Assembly: GCA_951406725.2 (NCBI GenBank)
Contig: OX597815.1
Location: 23,994,001-24,058,000, forward strand
Length of the DNA: 64,000 nucleotides
Source: Octopus vulgaris
Lineage: Eukaryota
Reading direction: 5' to 3'
Shown: one piece after another, positions 25,757-38,311 of the stretch
Numbering within the stretch: position 1 is the stretch's first letter
Layout: each line of letters starts with the position of its first letter
Position numbers and translations under genes: made by a program
Notes under the pieces: model-generated
Databases searched by the model: none
Seen by the model: only the letters and a program-made list of their open reading frames with translations
What the model was told of the DNA's origin: nothing

Positions 25757-26158
25757 AAGGCGCGGGAGTGGCTGCGTGGTAAGTAGCTTGCTTACCAACC
25801 ACATAGTTCCGGGTTCAGTCCTACTGCGTGGCACCTTGGGCAAGTGTCTTCTACTATAGCCTCGGGCCGACCAAAGCCTTGTGAGTGGATTTGGTAGACG
25901 GAAACTGAAAGAAGCCCGTCGTATATATGTATATGTGTATATATATGTGTGTGTATGTGCGTCTGTGTTTGTACCCCCAACATCGCTTGACAACCGATGC
26001 TGGTGTGTTTACGTCCCCGTAACTTAGCGGTTCGGCAAAAGAGAACCGATAGAATAAGTACTAGGCTTACAAAGAATAAGTCCTGGGGTCGATTTGCCTC
26101 GACTAAAGGCGGTGCTCCAGCATGGCCGCAGTCAAATGACTGAAACCAGTAAAAGAGT
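25757..26158 (+). mobile_element. Full-length SINE family B
   Basis: A box tggctgcgtgg, B box ggttcagtcc, CORE-like ccttgggcaagtgtctt, tail ggcggtgctccagcatggccgcagtcaaatgactgaaac. Confidence 0.92.
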
Positions 26159-26504
26159 ACACATATAACGATATTTAACTCAGCATTTTTTTCTTTTTTT
26201 CTTAAAATCTCTGATACTTAAGAGACTTATTCTCTTTTCTTATAATTACCACAACCAGCTAAGTTTTATTATTTTTCTTTCCAGCTTTAGTTATCTGTTG
26301 AAAAGTGCTCCACAGCACATAAGTGATGTAATTGTGACCAAATCATATGTTTGTGTTTATTCATCATCTTATGTTGCTCTTGTTTTTTAACCTCTTAGCC
26401 ATTCATATAATTGTTGAGAAACCAAGTGGCCGGAAAGTCAGAAATGGCATACAGCACGAGGAAGCTCAAGAAAATGATAACCATTTGTTAAGATGGAGCA
26501 ATTA

Positions 26505-26757
26505 CTGTGTATGTATGTATGTATGTATGTATGTATGTATGTATGTATGTATGTATGTATAGGTATGTATGCATGTATGAATGTATGTATGTATGTATGT
26601 ATGTATGTATGTATGTATGTATGTATGTATGTGTGTCTGCTTGGCAAGTGTTATCTACTAAAAAGTTCCCGGTTGACCAAGACTGTAATATTTGGACAAA
26701 GAAACATGCACTAATTTTTATCGTGCACGTGCGTGCTTGCATGCGCGCTCGTGTGTT

Positions 26758-26802
<45 letters not shown>
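26505..26802. repeat. (TATG)n and (TG)n microsatellites
   Basis: Direct reading. Confidence 0.95.
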
Positions 26803-26804
<2 letters not shown>

Positions 26805-27400
26805 AACCTTCCGTGGGAAGTGTGCCGGTAATATTTTATTTGGTCAGCGACTCGCCACGAAATCAGAAGCATTGAAAAAATATTGATGGACGTAGATCTA
26901 TGTCCGTAAGATGAGGTTGATGACGACGGTGATGATGATGATGATGATGGCGGTGACATATTTGGTGGGGAGGAAAGGCCACCAGATACACACAGAAATG
27001 CCCACATAAGTCACTCAACCTTCTTACTGGTCAAAAGGGATAAGCATCCCTCTGTTGTCCATCAATTGATGTTATATCGCCTGAAGAAATGAATCCATGA
27101 AGATGATCAACCCGATGCCCACAGATACGACAGACGACATTATAAATCATTCCAGGAATACGGACAGTGATCTGGAGAGACATGTGATTTGTGGAAACGC
27201 GCGTGGCGATGCATTAAATGCTTATAAATCCCATCCAAAGATAATTGTTATTATTATCATTATTATCTTTATCCTATATTATATCGGTAGAGCTCGATGC
27301 AACACCCCAAAACTGATTCACCAATTAGCATCATTAGACCGTAACCGGCATAATGGAATAGGAGCTTTATTTGCATATTCAAAACGCTTACCGTAAACAA

Positions 27401-27480
<80 letters not shown>

Positions 27481-27905
27481 GTTAATCTAAACATGAAAAC
27501 ACAAAGAGAAAACACAACAACGCGAGGACGTGGAACAAATATAGTATTATTGGACGCTCAGGAAAGAAGGGAAGAAGGAGAGTTTTACGTTTCGAGCGGA
27601 GCTCTTCGTTGGAAACATAGGAGAAGCAAAGGTCCAGAGAAGGGAAGACGGAGGGAAAAAAATCGCCAACGGTACACACGCGGTCACATTATATATATAG
27701 TTAATCCAGACATAAAAACACAAAGAGAAAACACAACAACGCGAGGACGTGAAACAAGTATAGTGTTACTGGACGCTCAGGAAAGGTAAGAAAGAAGGAG
27801 GATTTAACGTTTCGAGCGGAGCTCTTCGTCAGAAACATAGAAAAAGCAAAGATCCAAGGAAGGGAAGACGGAGGTAAAAAAATCGCTAACGGTACACATG
27901 TGGTC
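27481..27905 (-). mobile_element. Tandem pair of ~208-bp Penelope-like pLTR cassettes, each with a hammerhead motif
   Basis: Units 27481-27688 and 27700-27905, separated by a short (TA)n; hammerhead motifs at 27582-27616 and 27802-27836. Confidence 0.75.
27802..27836 (-). ncRNA. Minimal type-I hammerhead ribozyme (intact core)
   Basis: Minus strand GUUU-CUGACGA-A-GAGC(ucc)GCUC-GAAA-CGU-U-AAAU; self-complementary stem III ACGU. Confidence 0.75.
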
Positions 27906-27934
27906 TCTCACACACACACACACATATATATAAT

Positions 27935-28323
27935 AGGGTGCAGGCGTGGCTGTGTGGTAAGAAGTGTGATTTCCAATCCCATGGTTTGGGATTCAGTTCC
28001 TGCATAGCACCTCGGACGAAGCAAAGCCTTGTGAATGGATTTGGCAGACAGAAACTGAAAGAAGCCCGTCGTATATGTGTGTATGTGTGCGTGTGTCTGT
28101 GTGCGTGTGTCTGTGTGCGTGTGTCTGTGTGCGTGTGTCTGTGTGCGTGTGTCTGTGTGTCTGTGTTCGTCCCCACCACCGCTTGACAACCGGTGCCCCT
28201 AACAAAGGAGACCGATAGAATAAGTACCAGACTTCAAAAATAAATAAGTTCTGGGGTCGATCGATACACGCGACTAAAATTTCTTCAAGGCTGTGCCCCA
28301 GCATGGCCGCAGTCTAATGACTG
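27935..28323 (+). mobile_element. SINE family B (diverged) with an internal 14-bp tandem repeat
   Basis: Head ggtgcaggcgtggctgtgtggtaag; (gtgcgtgtgtctgt)n; shared tail. Confidence 0.85.
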
Positions 28324-28630
28324 TATGTCCTGTTATTTGTATTTGTGTAACATTCTCCGTTTTTTTCCCGTCCTTGTTTTCGTATACATTCGCTGCTTTC
28401 TTCGAAAGAATCTAATGCTCTTAGCTTAGTTTTTCCTTGGGGCTGGCCAGATTGGAGCAATCTCGAGTATAACCAACCGAAATTGCAAAGCTAATCTGGA
28501 ACACGACTGAAGAAAGAAAACTCCGAATGACCCGTCCTTGTTTTCTTTGTATCGTCTATCTGGATGTTTTGTTGTCCCCTTTTCGTATCACCTAACTGTC
28601 TGAGTGTTTTGCGTTCTTGTCCCATTTTGT

Positions 28631-28636
<6 letters not shown>
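28324..28636 (+). mobile_element. Probable pLTR-like cassette ending at (TA)n, with a degenerate hammerhead-like motif
   Basis: T-rich cassette containing CUGAAGA...CCGAAU (28507-28528); the core is non-canonical. Confidence 0.35.
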
Positions 28637-28669
<33 letters not shown>

Positions 28670-28746
28670 ATAGATAGAGAGATAGAGAGATAGATAGATA
28701 GATAAACTTACTAGGAAATGGATGCGTGGCGTTCAATCATATAATA

Positions 28747-28869
<123 letters not shown>

Positions 28870-29004
28870 AAGAGAGAGAGAGAGAAGAGAGAGAGATATG
28901 CATGTATTTCGAAATTAGTTTATAATTATTTTCTGATATATATTTTAAGTTACATAATCTGTCCTGCAATTATACATGCCTAAAACCAAAGATCTGTGTA
29001 TGTG

Positions 29005-29041
<37 letters not shown>

Positions 29042-29714
29042 GGGTGGTATTGTGTATGTATATGTTTGTGCACATGTGTGCATGTGTGTGTGTGTGTGTC
29101 TGTAGTGCAAAAAGAGTATGGTAATCGGGCCTTTTCCTAGAATAGTGCTGTCGTGCGTAGTTGACTAAATATTTCTCTGTTGCCCTATGAAATTTCTGTC
29201 GGTACACTAACAGAGCGTGCATGAAATGTACACACACATCATAATTACTTGGTAAACGATACCAACAGCGAGATAGGCATCTAATGACACGTAAATATGT
29301 CATTTGCTTTGTCATTAGACCCAGAACAGTTGATGTTTAAGGTTAAGTTTTGATAACCGGGTTAATTCGAGATGTCTTAATGATGCAGTGACGTCAGAAC
29401 TTTAATCATCACCATTATCATCATTGTCGACTTCATCATCATCATCATCATCATCATCACCATTATCATGTCATTATCGTCATCATTATCATTAGCAGTT
29501 GCTATGACAACAGTAGTATCGGTGAACCGAACAAGGGAGCGTCTACTTAAGTCATCAGCAAACTGCGGTCTGCTTTCTTTTATTTTGTAATGATGATGAA
29601 CCATGTCTCATGCGACCCGCTACTCCAGAAAGGTTACCCATACCTGCTCTACATGGTCGCTTGGGCTACAAATATTAACAGTTGAATCTCCTTCGAGACT
29701 CTTCTTGCCAATCT

Positions 29715-30710
29715 GGTTTTAAATTTTGGCATAAAACCAATCATTTCATGGGTCGGATACATCGATCCCAGTACTCAACTGGTGGATCTTTTCGGTTTGA
29801 ACGGCAGTTTTTTCTAGCGGTGTCATATGAAATTGTCACCCATAATTATGACCCTAGTATTGATCTACTGCATTTCAATCTGTTTCAGGGTTAAGGTTAG
29901 GGGTGGGGGGAAGGGTATCTTTTTTTCTTCATAAATGTAAATAAACCCAGTCTATTTCTTAAACAAGAGACATATTCATACGGCACAGAATGTTTTTTTT
30001 ACCTCAATAGACGTCAGTGATTGGTAGAAATTGAAGAAAAAAAACAACAAATATCTTACAAACTATTGAATTTTCTCAATAAAGCCAAGAGAAAAAGTTA
30101 TTTTATAAACACATTCTACCAGTATACGAAGTTTAAAATTTTTTAGTTACCTAGAAATTATGTTAAAAACTGCCGTTCAAACCGAAAAGATCCCAACTGG
30201 TAATTATTTTATCCACTCCGAAAGAGTAAGTGGCAAAGTCGACCTCGTTGAGATTTGAACTCAGATCGTAGAGACGGACGAAATTACGTTGAGCATTTTG
30301 TCCGGCGTTCTAACGATTCTGCCAGCTCGCCGCCTTAACCTGAAATTTGAGGGAGGAGTATAGTCGATTGCAGCGACCCCGGTACTCAATTCGTAATTAT
30401 TTCATCCACTCCGAATGGGTAAGTGGCTAAGTCGACCTCGTTGAAATTTGAACTCAGATCGTAAAGACAGACGAAATTCCGTTGAGCGTTTTGTCTGGCG
30501 TTCTAACGATTCTGCCAGCTCGCCGCCTTAACCTGAAATTTGAGGGAGGAGTATAGTCGATTGCATCGACCCCGGTGCTCGACTCGTAATTATTTTATCC
30601 ACTCTGAAAGAATAAAAGGCAAAATCGACCTCGGCGGAATTTGAACTCCGCTAAGCATTTTTGTTTTTTGGTTAGGCGTGCTAACGATTCTGCCAGCCCT
30701 CTGCTTTGCA
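29715..30710 (-). mobile_element. Tandem trimer of degenerate SINE family A; the first unit is interrupted by MITE M
   Basis: Repeated gtcgacctcg..gaNNtttgaactc...aacgattctgccagc. Confidence 0.8.
29784..30193. mobile_element. MITE family M, copy 2 (opposite orientation), 8-bp TSD
   Basis: TIR ggatcttttcggtttgaacggcagttttt; caactggt at 29776-29783 and 30194-30201. Confidence 0.93.
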
Positions 30711-30739
30711 TTTCTTGTCAATTTACGAACTCATTAAGC

Positions 30740-30882
30740 CAGTGGAATAACTAGTGGGGGTGGGGAGTAGAAGAGTGGGGACAAGAGGGGACAGCACTTT
30801 GTAAATTTGTGGAGTGGGGATGGGGTGTGGGCGAATTCAAGTGCTTCCCTGAGAGGCAAACACACTCTAGCTACCCCCACTG
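30740..30882. mobile_element. Short hAT-like MITE (CAGTGG...CCACTG)
   Basis: cagtggaataactag / ctagctacccccactg; flanks cattaagc / cattaggt. Confidence 0.6.
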
Positions 30883-30890
30883 CATTAGGT

Positions 30891-31685
30891 CAATGTTATT
30901 GAATACTTTTAACTTCGTGGTGGTCTTGCATAGAGACCAAATAAATTGTAACTGACACACTTCTCAGGGAAACTTAAATATAAAACAAATGAAAAAAAAA
31001 ATATAAGCAACGATTGTTTCCTTGTTTTATTCCTCATAATTGTATATTACAAAACTATTACACATGTTTTAACTATCTGTATATGCATTTCCTAATCTAT
31101 TAAAAGTTGGACCTTTTCGCTTTGACCGGCAGTTTTTTAAAATAATTTCCACGTAACTAAACACTTTTAAACTTCGTATACTGGTAGAATGTGTTTATAA
31201 AACATCTTTTTCTCCTGGCTTTATTGAGAAAATTCTATAGTTTGTAAGATATTTGTTGTTTTTTTCTTCCTTCAATTACTGCAATTTCAACCAATCAATG
31301 ACGTCTATTGAGGTGAAAACATTCTGCGCCGTATGAATATGTCCCTCGTTTAAGAAACAGATTGGGTTCATTTACATTTGTGAAAAAAAAAGATACCCTT
31401 CCCCCCACCCCTAACCCTAACCCACCCTAACTCTAATCCTAACCCTAAAACAGATTGAAATGCAAATCAGATCGATACTGGTGTCATAATTATGGGTGAC
31501 AATTTCATATGAGACCGCTAGAAAAAACTGCCGTTCAAACCGAAAAGATTCTAATTGTGTATTACAAAATTATTACACATGTTTTAACTATCTGTATATG
31601 CATTTCCTAATCTATTAAAATTACTTTGTTGAAAATCCGAGGCACACTTAGAGTCACCATGTGGCACACGCTTTGAAAACCGCTG
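30891..31685. mobile_element. Degenerate hAT-like MITE hosting MITE M copy 3
   Basis: Right end ttgaaaaccgctg, weak left TIR caatgttattgaa; flanks cattaggt / cattagct. Confidence 0.45.
31109..31551. mobile_element. MITE family M, copy 3, flanked by a ~70-bp direct repeat
   Basis: TIRs as in copies 1 and 2; 31037-31108 is repeated at 31552-31622. Confidence 0.93.
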
Positions 31686-32439
31686 CATTAGCTAATGTAG
31701 TCGGTCTTGCGTACCATTTAAGAGTTGGGACGGTTACGACTGGGATGTAAATTGATTATTCGCGTTTGTTCAATCAGAATAGAGCCAGAGTTAAGCATCA
31801 ACAACAACAATGACGATGACGACAATAGCCGCGACGAAAGTGACCGTAACTGGAGACAACAGTCGAAGAAGCGAAGGCAGCAGCAGCAGCAGCAGCAGTT
31901 TTGCTTTGTTCATACAGAATGATCATTTCCATATATGGTAAAAATAGGACGGAAAGCTTTAATACTATGCACTCCCAATTCATGTTTTGTGTGACTGTTG
32001 AGTCACAAGAGACACATCCGACAATTGTTACCTATTTGTTTTGTTTTCAAGTCCTACGGCTTTGTAACTACGACTGGCCATCAGCAGGACAAATAAGGAT
32101 ATGCTTTGTTACTAAATAGTGAAGTGAATAACCTCTTATTTCTATTTGACCTTGGAAAGTGATCCCAGATAAATATCTTTCAATTACATTTATATTATTC
32201 GTCTATTTCCGTTCGTCTGATTGTCTGTCTGTCTAACTGCCTAGCAATCTGTGTGTCTATCTGTATATCAGCCTGTCTTATCTATCTGTCTAGCAATCTG
32301 TGTGTCTATCTGTATATCAGCCTGTCTGTCTGTCTATCTGTTAGTCAGTTTATCTACCACAACCTAAAATAAATCTCGGCTCGCACTGAAATAGATAGGA
32401 CAGTCAAGAGTTCAGGAGGTATAAGTCTGTCACACTTCA

Positions 32440-32830
32440 CTGCATGCAATTAACCACTGCATATCGAAGAGCGCGCAATATAGTCTTCAGCAAAGTAGAG
32501 ATAGGTATATCCGGGTTGCAAAAGGTCGTTTTGTTGACTAACTACATTCCATACATAGGTCTACTCGACCAGAGTAAGAATAGAGTTACACAACGACGAC
32601 ACCATCATCATTTCATTGTTCGACCGTGGTCGAGACAATGGAATTTACTATGCTACGCCAGACTTCACGGTCCATCATGGCATTACGGAGGTCCTGTTGC
32701 TGGATGCCTGTATCCCTGGAGATTACATCAGGGTAGGAGAGTATGCGCCCTCTGGTATTGCGAGTAGATGGCTTCCAGAGGAAAAGAGTAGAAATTACCT
32801 CTTTTTCAGCTCTTTTTCAACGACGGCATA
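32440..32830 (+). pseudogene. Highly degenerate restriction-like endonuclease region of an R4-type non-LTR element
   Basis: FDR...TPDFTV....EVLLLDACIPGD resembles WD...RPDIV....V.LIDV.IP.D. Confidence 0.45.
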
Positions 32831-32987
32831 GGTTTTAACTAACCTCAACATGTTTTAACAAAGGTGTGTCCATGCAGTGGCTTAGCTTCCCGAGGATCTG
32901 GTAGAAAATACATACTCAAGATAAAGTGCAATGGAATCGAGCCCGAACTCAAGTAGTTGCGAAATGGACTTCTTACCTGTACAAATC

Positions 32988-33967
32988 TATTTCTTTACTA
33001 CCCACAAGGGGCTAAACATAGAGTGAACAAGCAAGGACAGACAAACGGATTAAGTCGATTACATCGACCCCAGTGCGTAACTGGTACTTAATTTATCGAC
33101 CCCGAAAGGATGAAAGGCAAAGTCGACCTCGGCGGAATTTGAACTCAGAACGTAACGTCAGACGAAATACTGCTAAGCATTTCGCCCGGCGTGCTAACGT
33201 TTCTGCCAGCTAGCCGCCTTTTTTCTTTAAAATACCTGTTTCTTTACTACCCACAAGGGGCTAAACACAGAGAGAACAAACAAGGACAGACAAAGGGATT
33301 AAGTCGATTACATCGACCCCAGAGTGTAACTGGTACTTAATTTATCGACCCAGAAAGAATGAAAGGCAAAGTCGACCTCGGCGGAATTTGAACTCAGAAC
33401 GTAACGGCAGGCGAAATACGGCTACGCATTTCGCCCGGCGTGCTAACGTCTCTGCCAGCTCGCCGCCTTTATTCTTTAAAATACCTGTTTCTTTACTACC
33501 CACAAGGGGCTAAACACAGAGAGGACAAACAAGGACAGACAAACGGATTAAGTCGATTACATCGACCCCAGAGTGTAACTGGTACTTAATTTATCGACCC
33601 CGAAAGGATGAAAGGCAAAGTCGACCTCGGCGGAATTTGAACTCAGAACGTAACGTCAGACGAAATACTGCTAAGCATTTCGCCCGGCGTGCTAACGTTT
33701 CTGCCAGCTAGCCGCCTTTTTTCTTTAAAATACCCGTTTCTTTACTACCCACAAGGGGCTAAACACAGAGAGGACAAACAAGGACAGACAAACAGATTAA
33801 GTCGATTACATCGACCCCAGAGTGTAACTGGTACTTAATTTATCGACCCCGAAAGGATGAAAGGCAAAGTCGACCTCGGCGGAATTTGAACTCAGAACGT
33901 AACGGCAGACGAAATACTGCTACGCATTTCGCCCGGCGTGCTAACGTTTCTGCCAGCTCGCCGCCTT
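32988..33967 (-). mobile_element. Tandem tetramer of full-length SINE family A with a single 17-bp TSD
   Basis: Four ~245-bp units; tcttacctgtacaaatc at 32971-32987 and 33968-33984. Confidence 0.93.
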
Positions 33968-34239
33968 TCTTACCTGTACAAATCATACCTGTGATTATTT
34001 GGGATTAAACACCACCACCATCACTACGAACAAAAACAGCAGAAGCAGCAGCAGCAATAGAAATGGCAACAAAAGCAACAACCACAACAAGAAAAGCTTT
34101 GTCCAAATTAATAATATCACCATTTGAAACATTCTTTTATTATTATTATTATTCTTAGCTTTCCCTTTTCTCTTCAATTTTTTTCCCATCATACACCTTT
34201 TAATATTCAATCCACGTTTCTCCCGGAGTTTGTAATCTA

Positions 34240-34242
<3 letters not shown>

Positions 34243-34322
<80 letters not shown>

Positions 34323-34330
34323 TAATAATG

Positions 34331-34385
<55 letters not shown>

Positions 34386-34415
34386 TACTACTACTACTAC
34401 TAATAATAATAATGA

Positions 34416-34479
<64 letters not shown>

Positions 34480-34600
34480 GTCCCTTAGTGGCTGACGATA
34501 TGTGCATCTCTGATCACGAGCAGAAGTAGTGGGGGAGCATCATAGCCATGTGTTGAGAGGGTGTCTTTGGGGTTTGAATAGTTCACCTCTGGAAACATGA
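34243..34600 (+). repeat. (TAA)n/(CTA)n tract followed by a fragment of the Dong-associated 5' module (34480-34600)
   Basis: tcccttagtggctgacgatatgtgcatc...ctctggaaacatg matches 21175-21283 and the reverse complement of 49455-49573. Confidence 0.85.
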
Positions 34601-34744
34601 ATCTTGTCTGTAAACTATTTCTCACAACAGATAAAAAATAGGAATCAAAGGAGTTCATAAGCAAAAAATGGCTGAGAAAAACTGATGTAGAATATCAGCC
34701 TGCTAGAGTCCATCTTTCTAACTACAATGCATTCACATATGGGA

Positions 34745-34890
34745 CACTCCCTTCATCTGCAGCCCTTCGTCAGACAACGATCACAACGATTTCCGCACTT
34801 TGCAAAAAAATCACTCCCTTCATCTGCAGCCCTTCATCAGACAACGATCACAACGATTTCAGCACTTTGCAAAAAAATCACTCCCTCCAT
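34745..34890. repeat. ~67-bp tandem duplication (~2.2 copies)
   Basis: cactcccttcatctgcagcccttcRtcagacaacgatcacaacgatttc.gcactttgcaaaaaaat is repeated. Confidence 0.9.
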
Positions 34891-35149
34891 CGATGTAGAG
34901 TAGCATTGATGCTACTAGTAAATATTTGGGGTTCTTTTGACCTACAATATAACATCCCTTTCTTTACTCAAACAGCTATTTCACCAAACCGATTCAGATT
35001 TAAGCACTCCATCTATCACCACTGGAATTTATTTTTTACTCTCAACATTAATTTTCCTTTCACAGGTCTCTGCCGTACTCACAATAAAACATCTTTGCTC
35101 TCCCTTCCACCCCATCCAGGTCGAAAATCAATACTGTGTTAGTCCTTTT

Positions 35150-35830
35150 AAACCCCACGCTGGCTTGTTAGGATATTGTGGATCTTATTAAAACCCACGT
35201 ATTCCCGCCACTACTGAAAGCACATTGCACTTCTGTTTCCGTGCCTCATAAATTCCTTTAGTCATTTCGTACTTTAGGCCCTTTATTTCTTGTGCTCACT
35301 CTATATTGCTTCTCCAGAGCACAATCAACCCAACAACCAAGACTACTTTTGTCAAATCAGAGCATGCCATAAACTCAATGATATTGTTTCATCAAGGCAA
35401 ACATGGCTTGGAAAATCGAGCTGTTTCTTCAAAGTTATCCGCATCTTCCAGTTATCAGCGCTAATCATCGGAAGGCTGTGTTTTGGCTTTCTTTTGCTTA
35501 CACTCCAGTGTTGTCCATTCTTGACTTCCATGTGGACAATAACTGAGTGCAACTTGCTATTGGTTCTCATTTGCATTGCCGCTTCTGCATCGTGCATCAA
35601 CAAGGGAACTCGAATACTGTTTTATTACAGTTCAAGGAATGACTTGCATGCATAAGCGATGTACAACCTCAGCACAAATAGCAAATTAGCAATCTCGCTC
35701 CAGCTGCACCTGTTAGTGGTTTGGCGATATAAGTACATCATACACTGCTCTCAGAAGGAATCACGACATTTTCCACAGTATATTTCACGCTTATTAGTTT
35801 CTTAACCTTACTGTCTCAGTCGCGTACGTC
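35150..35830 (-). pseudogene. Degenerate HERO/NeSL-type non-LTR retrotransposon (zinc-knuckle and endonuclease region)
   Basis: FLLRAVYDVL, DNWKMRITLKKQLDFPSHVC, KVVLVVGLIVLW..IE.AQEIK.LKY and VVAGIRGF parallel the conserved FL..SVYD.L / W...VDL..QL.FP / ELTVPWE / VEVGCRGF motifs. Confidence 0.7.
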
Positions 35831-35926
35831 TCCATTTGAAAAAGATAAGGTTTTTTTTATTAGAAATATTTCACTTGTCTTTGTAATTTTGGCGGCATAT
35901 CGATTTGCTCCGCATCCGTTTTGGTC

Positions 35927-36305
35927 AAATGGCGTAGCTGGGGAAGGGGTGCAGTCCGCCCTGGACGACGCTATTATGGGGGAAGGCTGTCAGCACCATG
36001 ATCGTAAGATTGTGGTTTCGATTCCTGGACCGGGAGACGCGTTGTGTTCTTGAGCAAAACACTTCCTTTTCACGTTGCTCCAGTCCACTCAGCTGGCAAA
36101 AATGAGTAAGGCTGCGATGGACTGGCGTCCCGTCTAGCTGGGGAACACATATGCCATAGAAACTGGGAAACCGGGCCCGTGAGCCTGGCTGGGCTTTAAA
36201 AGGGCGCATTTGTTTGTTTTGTATAAACTTGAGTAGGCTTGTGGGGGCGGGGAAGGGGCAAAATCAAAGGCCATCCCTGGTGGCACACACCCTAGCTATG
36301 CAACT
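35927..36305 (+). mobile_element. hAT-like MITE remnant containing a V-domain-like tRNA SINE (35985-36210)
   Basis: Ends atggcgtagctg / ctagctatgcaact; the insert has B box gtttcgattcc, gtgttcttgagcaaaacactt and gcgatggactggcgtcccgtc. Confidence 0.65.
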
Positions 36306-36827
36306 ACTTCAGAGCAACCTGTGTGTCTGGCACTGCATTAATCAACTCTCTCGTTAGTAACCTCAACAACTTTATTCGCATTCCATTTCGTTGCTGCCAA
36401 ACCTACTGGCTGCACCGCAGAAGCGTTGCGGTCCACCGAATCTCACCATATTGTGTGGATGCGGTCTTTTACTGCTTTAAACACCTCTGCTAACGATGTT
36501 AAGGGCAGCAAGAGTTTATGCAGCTGCACTAAAATAGCGTGGTTGCTGTGAAGCATGGCGTGAGTATAGACCATTCTCGTAGGGACTTACTTATACATCT
36601 TTTATTTTTATCTTTTTAATTGCATACGCTTATTGTGACCGTAAGAACATCGTTCATAAAAAGAGCAACGTTAATAACACCACTCCTTAAACTTCCCGGC
36701 CAAACCACAGTTGAAGCTAAAGAAATATGTTTGTCATTTTGATGAAATTATTCAGACAGGAAGAAAATATTTGTCTGAGTGTGTATATGTGTGGTGTTAA
36801 CAGGCAGAGAGGAAATTACACCCTACA

Positions 36828-36857
36828 CTACACACACACACACACACACGCACATAC

Positions 36858-36912
<55 letters not shown>

Positions 36913-37148
36913 TATAAATATATACACACACACATACATTCATACATACATACATACATACGCTCACACATTCAGAGATAGATAAATACATAGACAGAAA
37001 CAGACAGACAGACAGACAGACAGGCAAACTGACTGATAAAAAGATAGGCAGAGAGCCAAGTAGAGAGAGAGAGAGAACGTGAGAGTGTGTGTGTGAGAGA
37101 GAGAGGGGGGGGAAAAGGGAAGAGCGGGAGAGTGGGGGGTGGGAAATG

Positions 37149-37215
<67 letters not shown>
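36828..37215. repeat. Compound (CA)n/(TA)n/(GACA)n/(GA)n microsatellites
   Basis: Direct reading. Confidence 0.95.
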
Positions 37216-37216
<1 letters not shown>

Positions 37217-37518
37217 AGAAAGAAAGAAATAGAGATATTATGTGTGTATTTTGTAACTCCCGAAATTGTTTAACTTTCGATCGGATAAAAAGAGAGCATG
37301 AAATTTTGAAGGAGAGTTTCAATTTAGATTACTTTAAAACGGGAAAGTTTATACCAGAGAACCAGGACCGATCTCAAACAGACTGGGCCCAAAAGGGTAA
37401 ACGAATGTGGTGTTAGGAAGAATTACCATTTCTTTAAGGGCGAATAAGGTAATCAAAAATGTTTGAGCGATTCTATTATACACGAATATTGGTATCCCGG
37501 AAACTGAAAGAAACTCGT

Positions 37519-37555
<37 letters not shown>

Positions 37556-37562
37556 TGTGTGA

Positions 37563-37830
37563 GGGCGCATGACCTTGTGGTTAGGGTGTTGGAGTCACGA
37601 TCGCGAGATCGTGGTTTCAATTCCTAGACCGGGTGGTGCGTTATGTTCTAGAGCAAACCCCTTCATCTCACGTTGCTCTGCGATCATTTCGACACCTGAC
37701 GACGCGTGGCACACGGTGCACCTGTTCAGACAATGTCGACTTGATGGAGAGAGTGAGCTAATGTGTGCAGGTCGTTCGGCAAAAGCTGAACGCTCCTCCG
37801 TCGTCTTCGTTGGGAAGAGTCGAGACCATC
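37563..37830 (+). mobile_element. tRNA-derived SINE family D
   Basis: gtggttagggtgttgg...gtttcaattcctagaccggg; homologous to 60757-61015. Confidence 0.82.
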
Positions 37831-37981
37831 GTTAACCAGCTAGAGGAAATGTCTTCTTGGGGTTAAAAAAAAATCGCAATAGAGTCCGTTCGAATGGACA
37901 GCCATATTGAAGAGGCTACGAATATTATCAGTATAACTGCTGCATTGATATCTTAGAGAGATTTTAGAACTAGCATTTTTG

Positions 37982-38049
<68 letters not shown>

Positions 38050-38056
38050 TAGATAT

Positions 38057-38116
<60 letters not shown>

Positions 38117-38151
38117 AACTTACTTGGAAATGGATGTATGGCGTTCAATTA

Positions 38152-38309
<158 letters not shown>

Positions 38310-38311
38310 TA

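Noticed and set aside
28501-28545. Functional hammerhead at CUGAAGA
   Set aside because: GAAU replaces GAAA, there is no U16.1, and stem II is poor; at most a decayed relic.
31401-31447. True or interstitial telomere
   Set aside because: Only a few hexamers, and they are internal to a repeated MITE.
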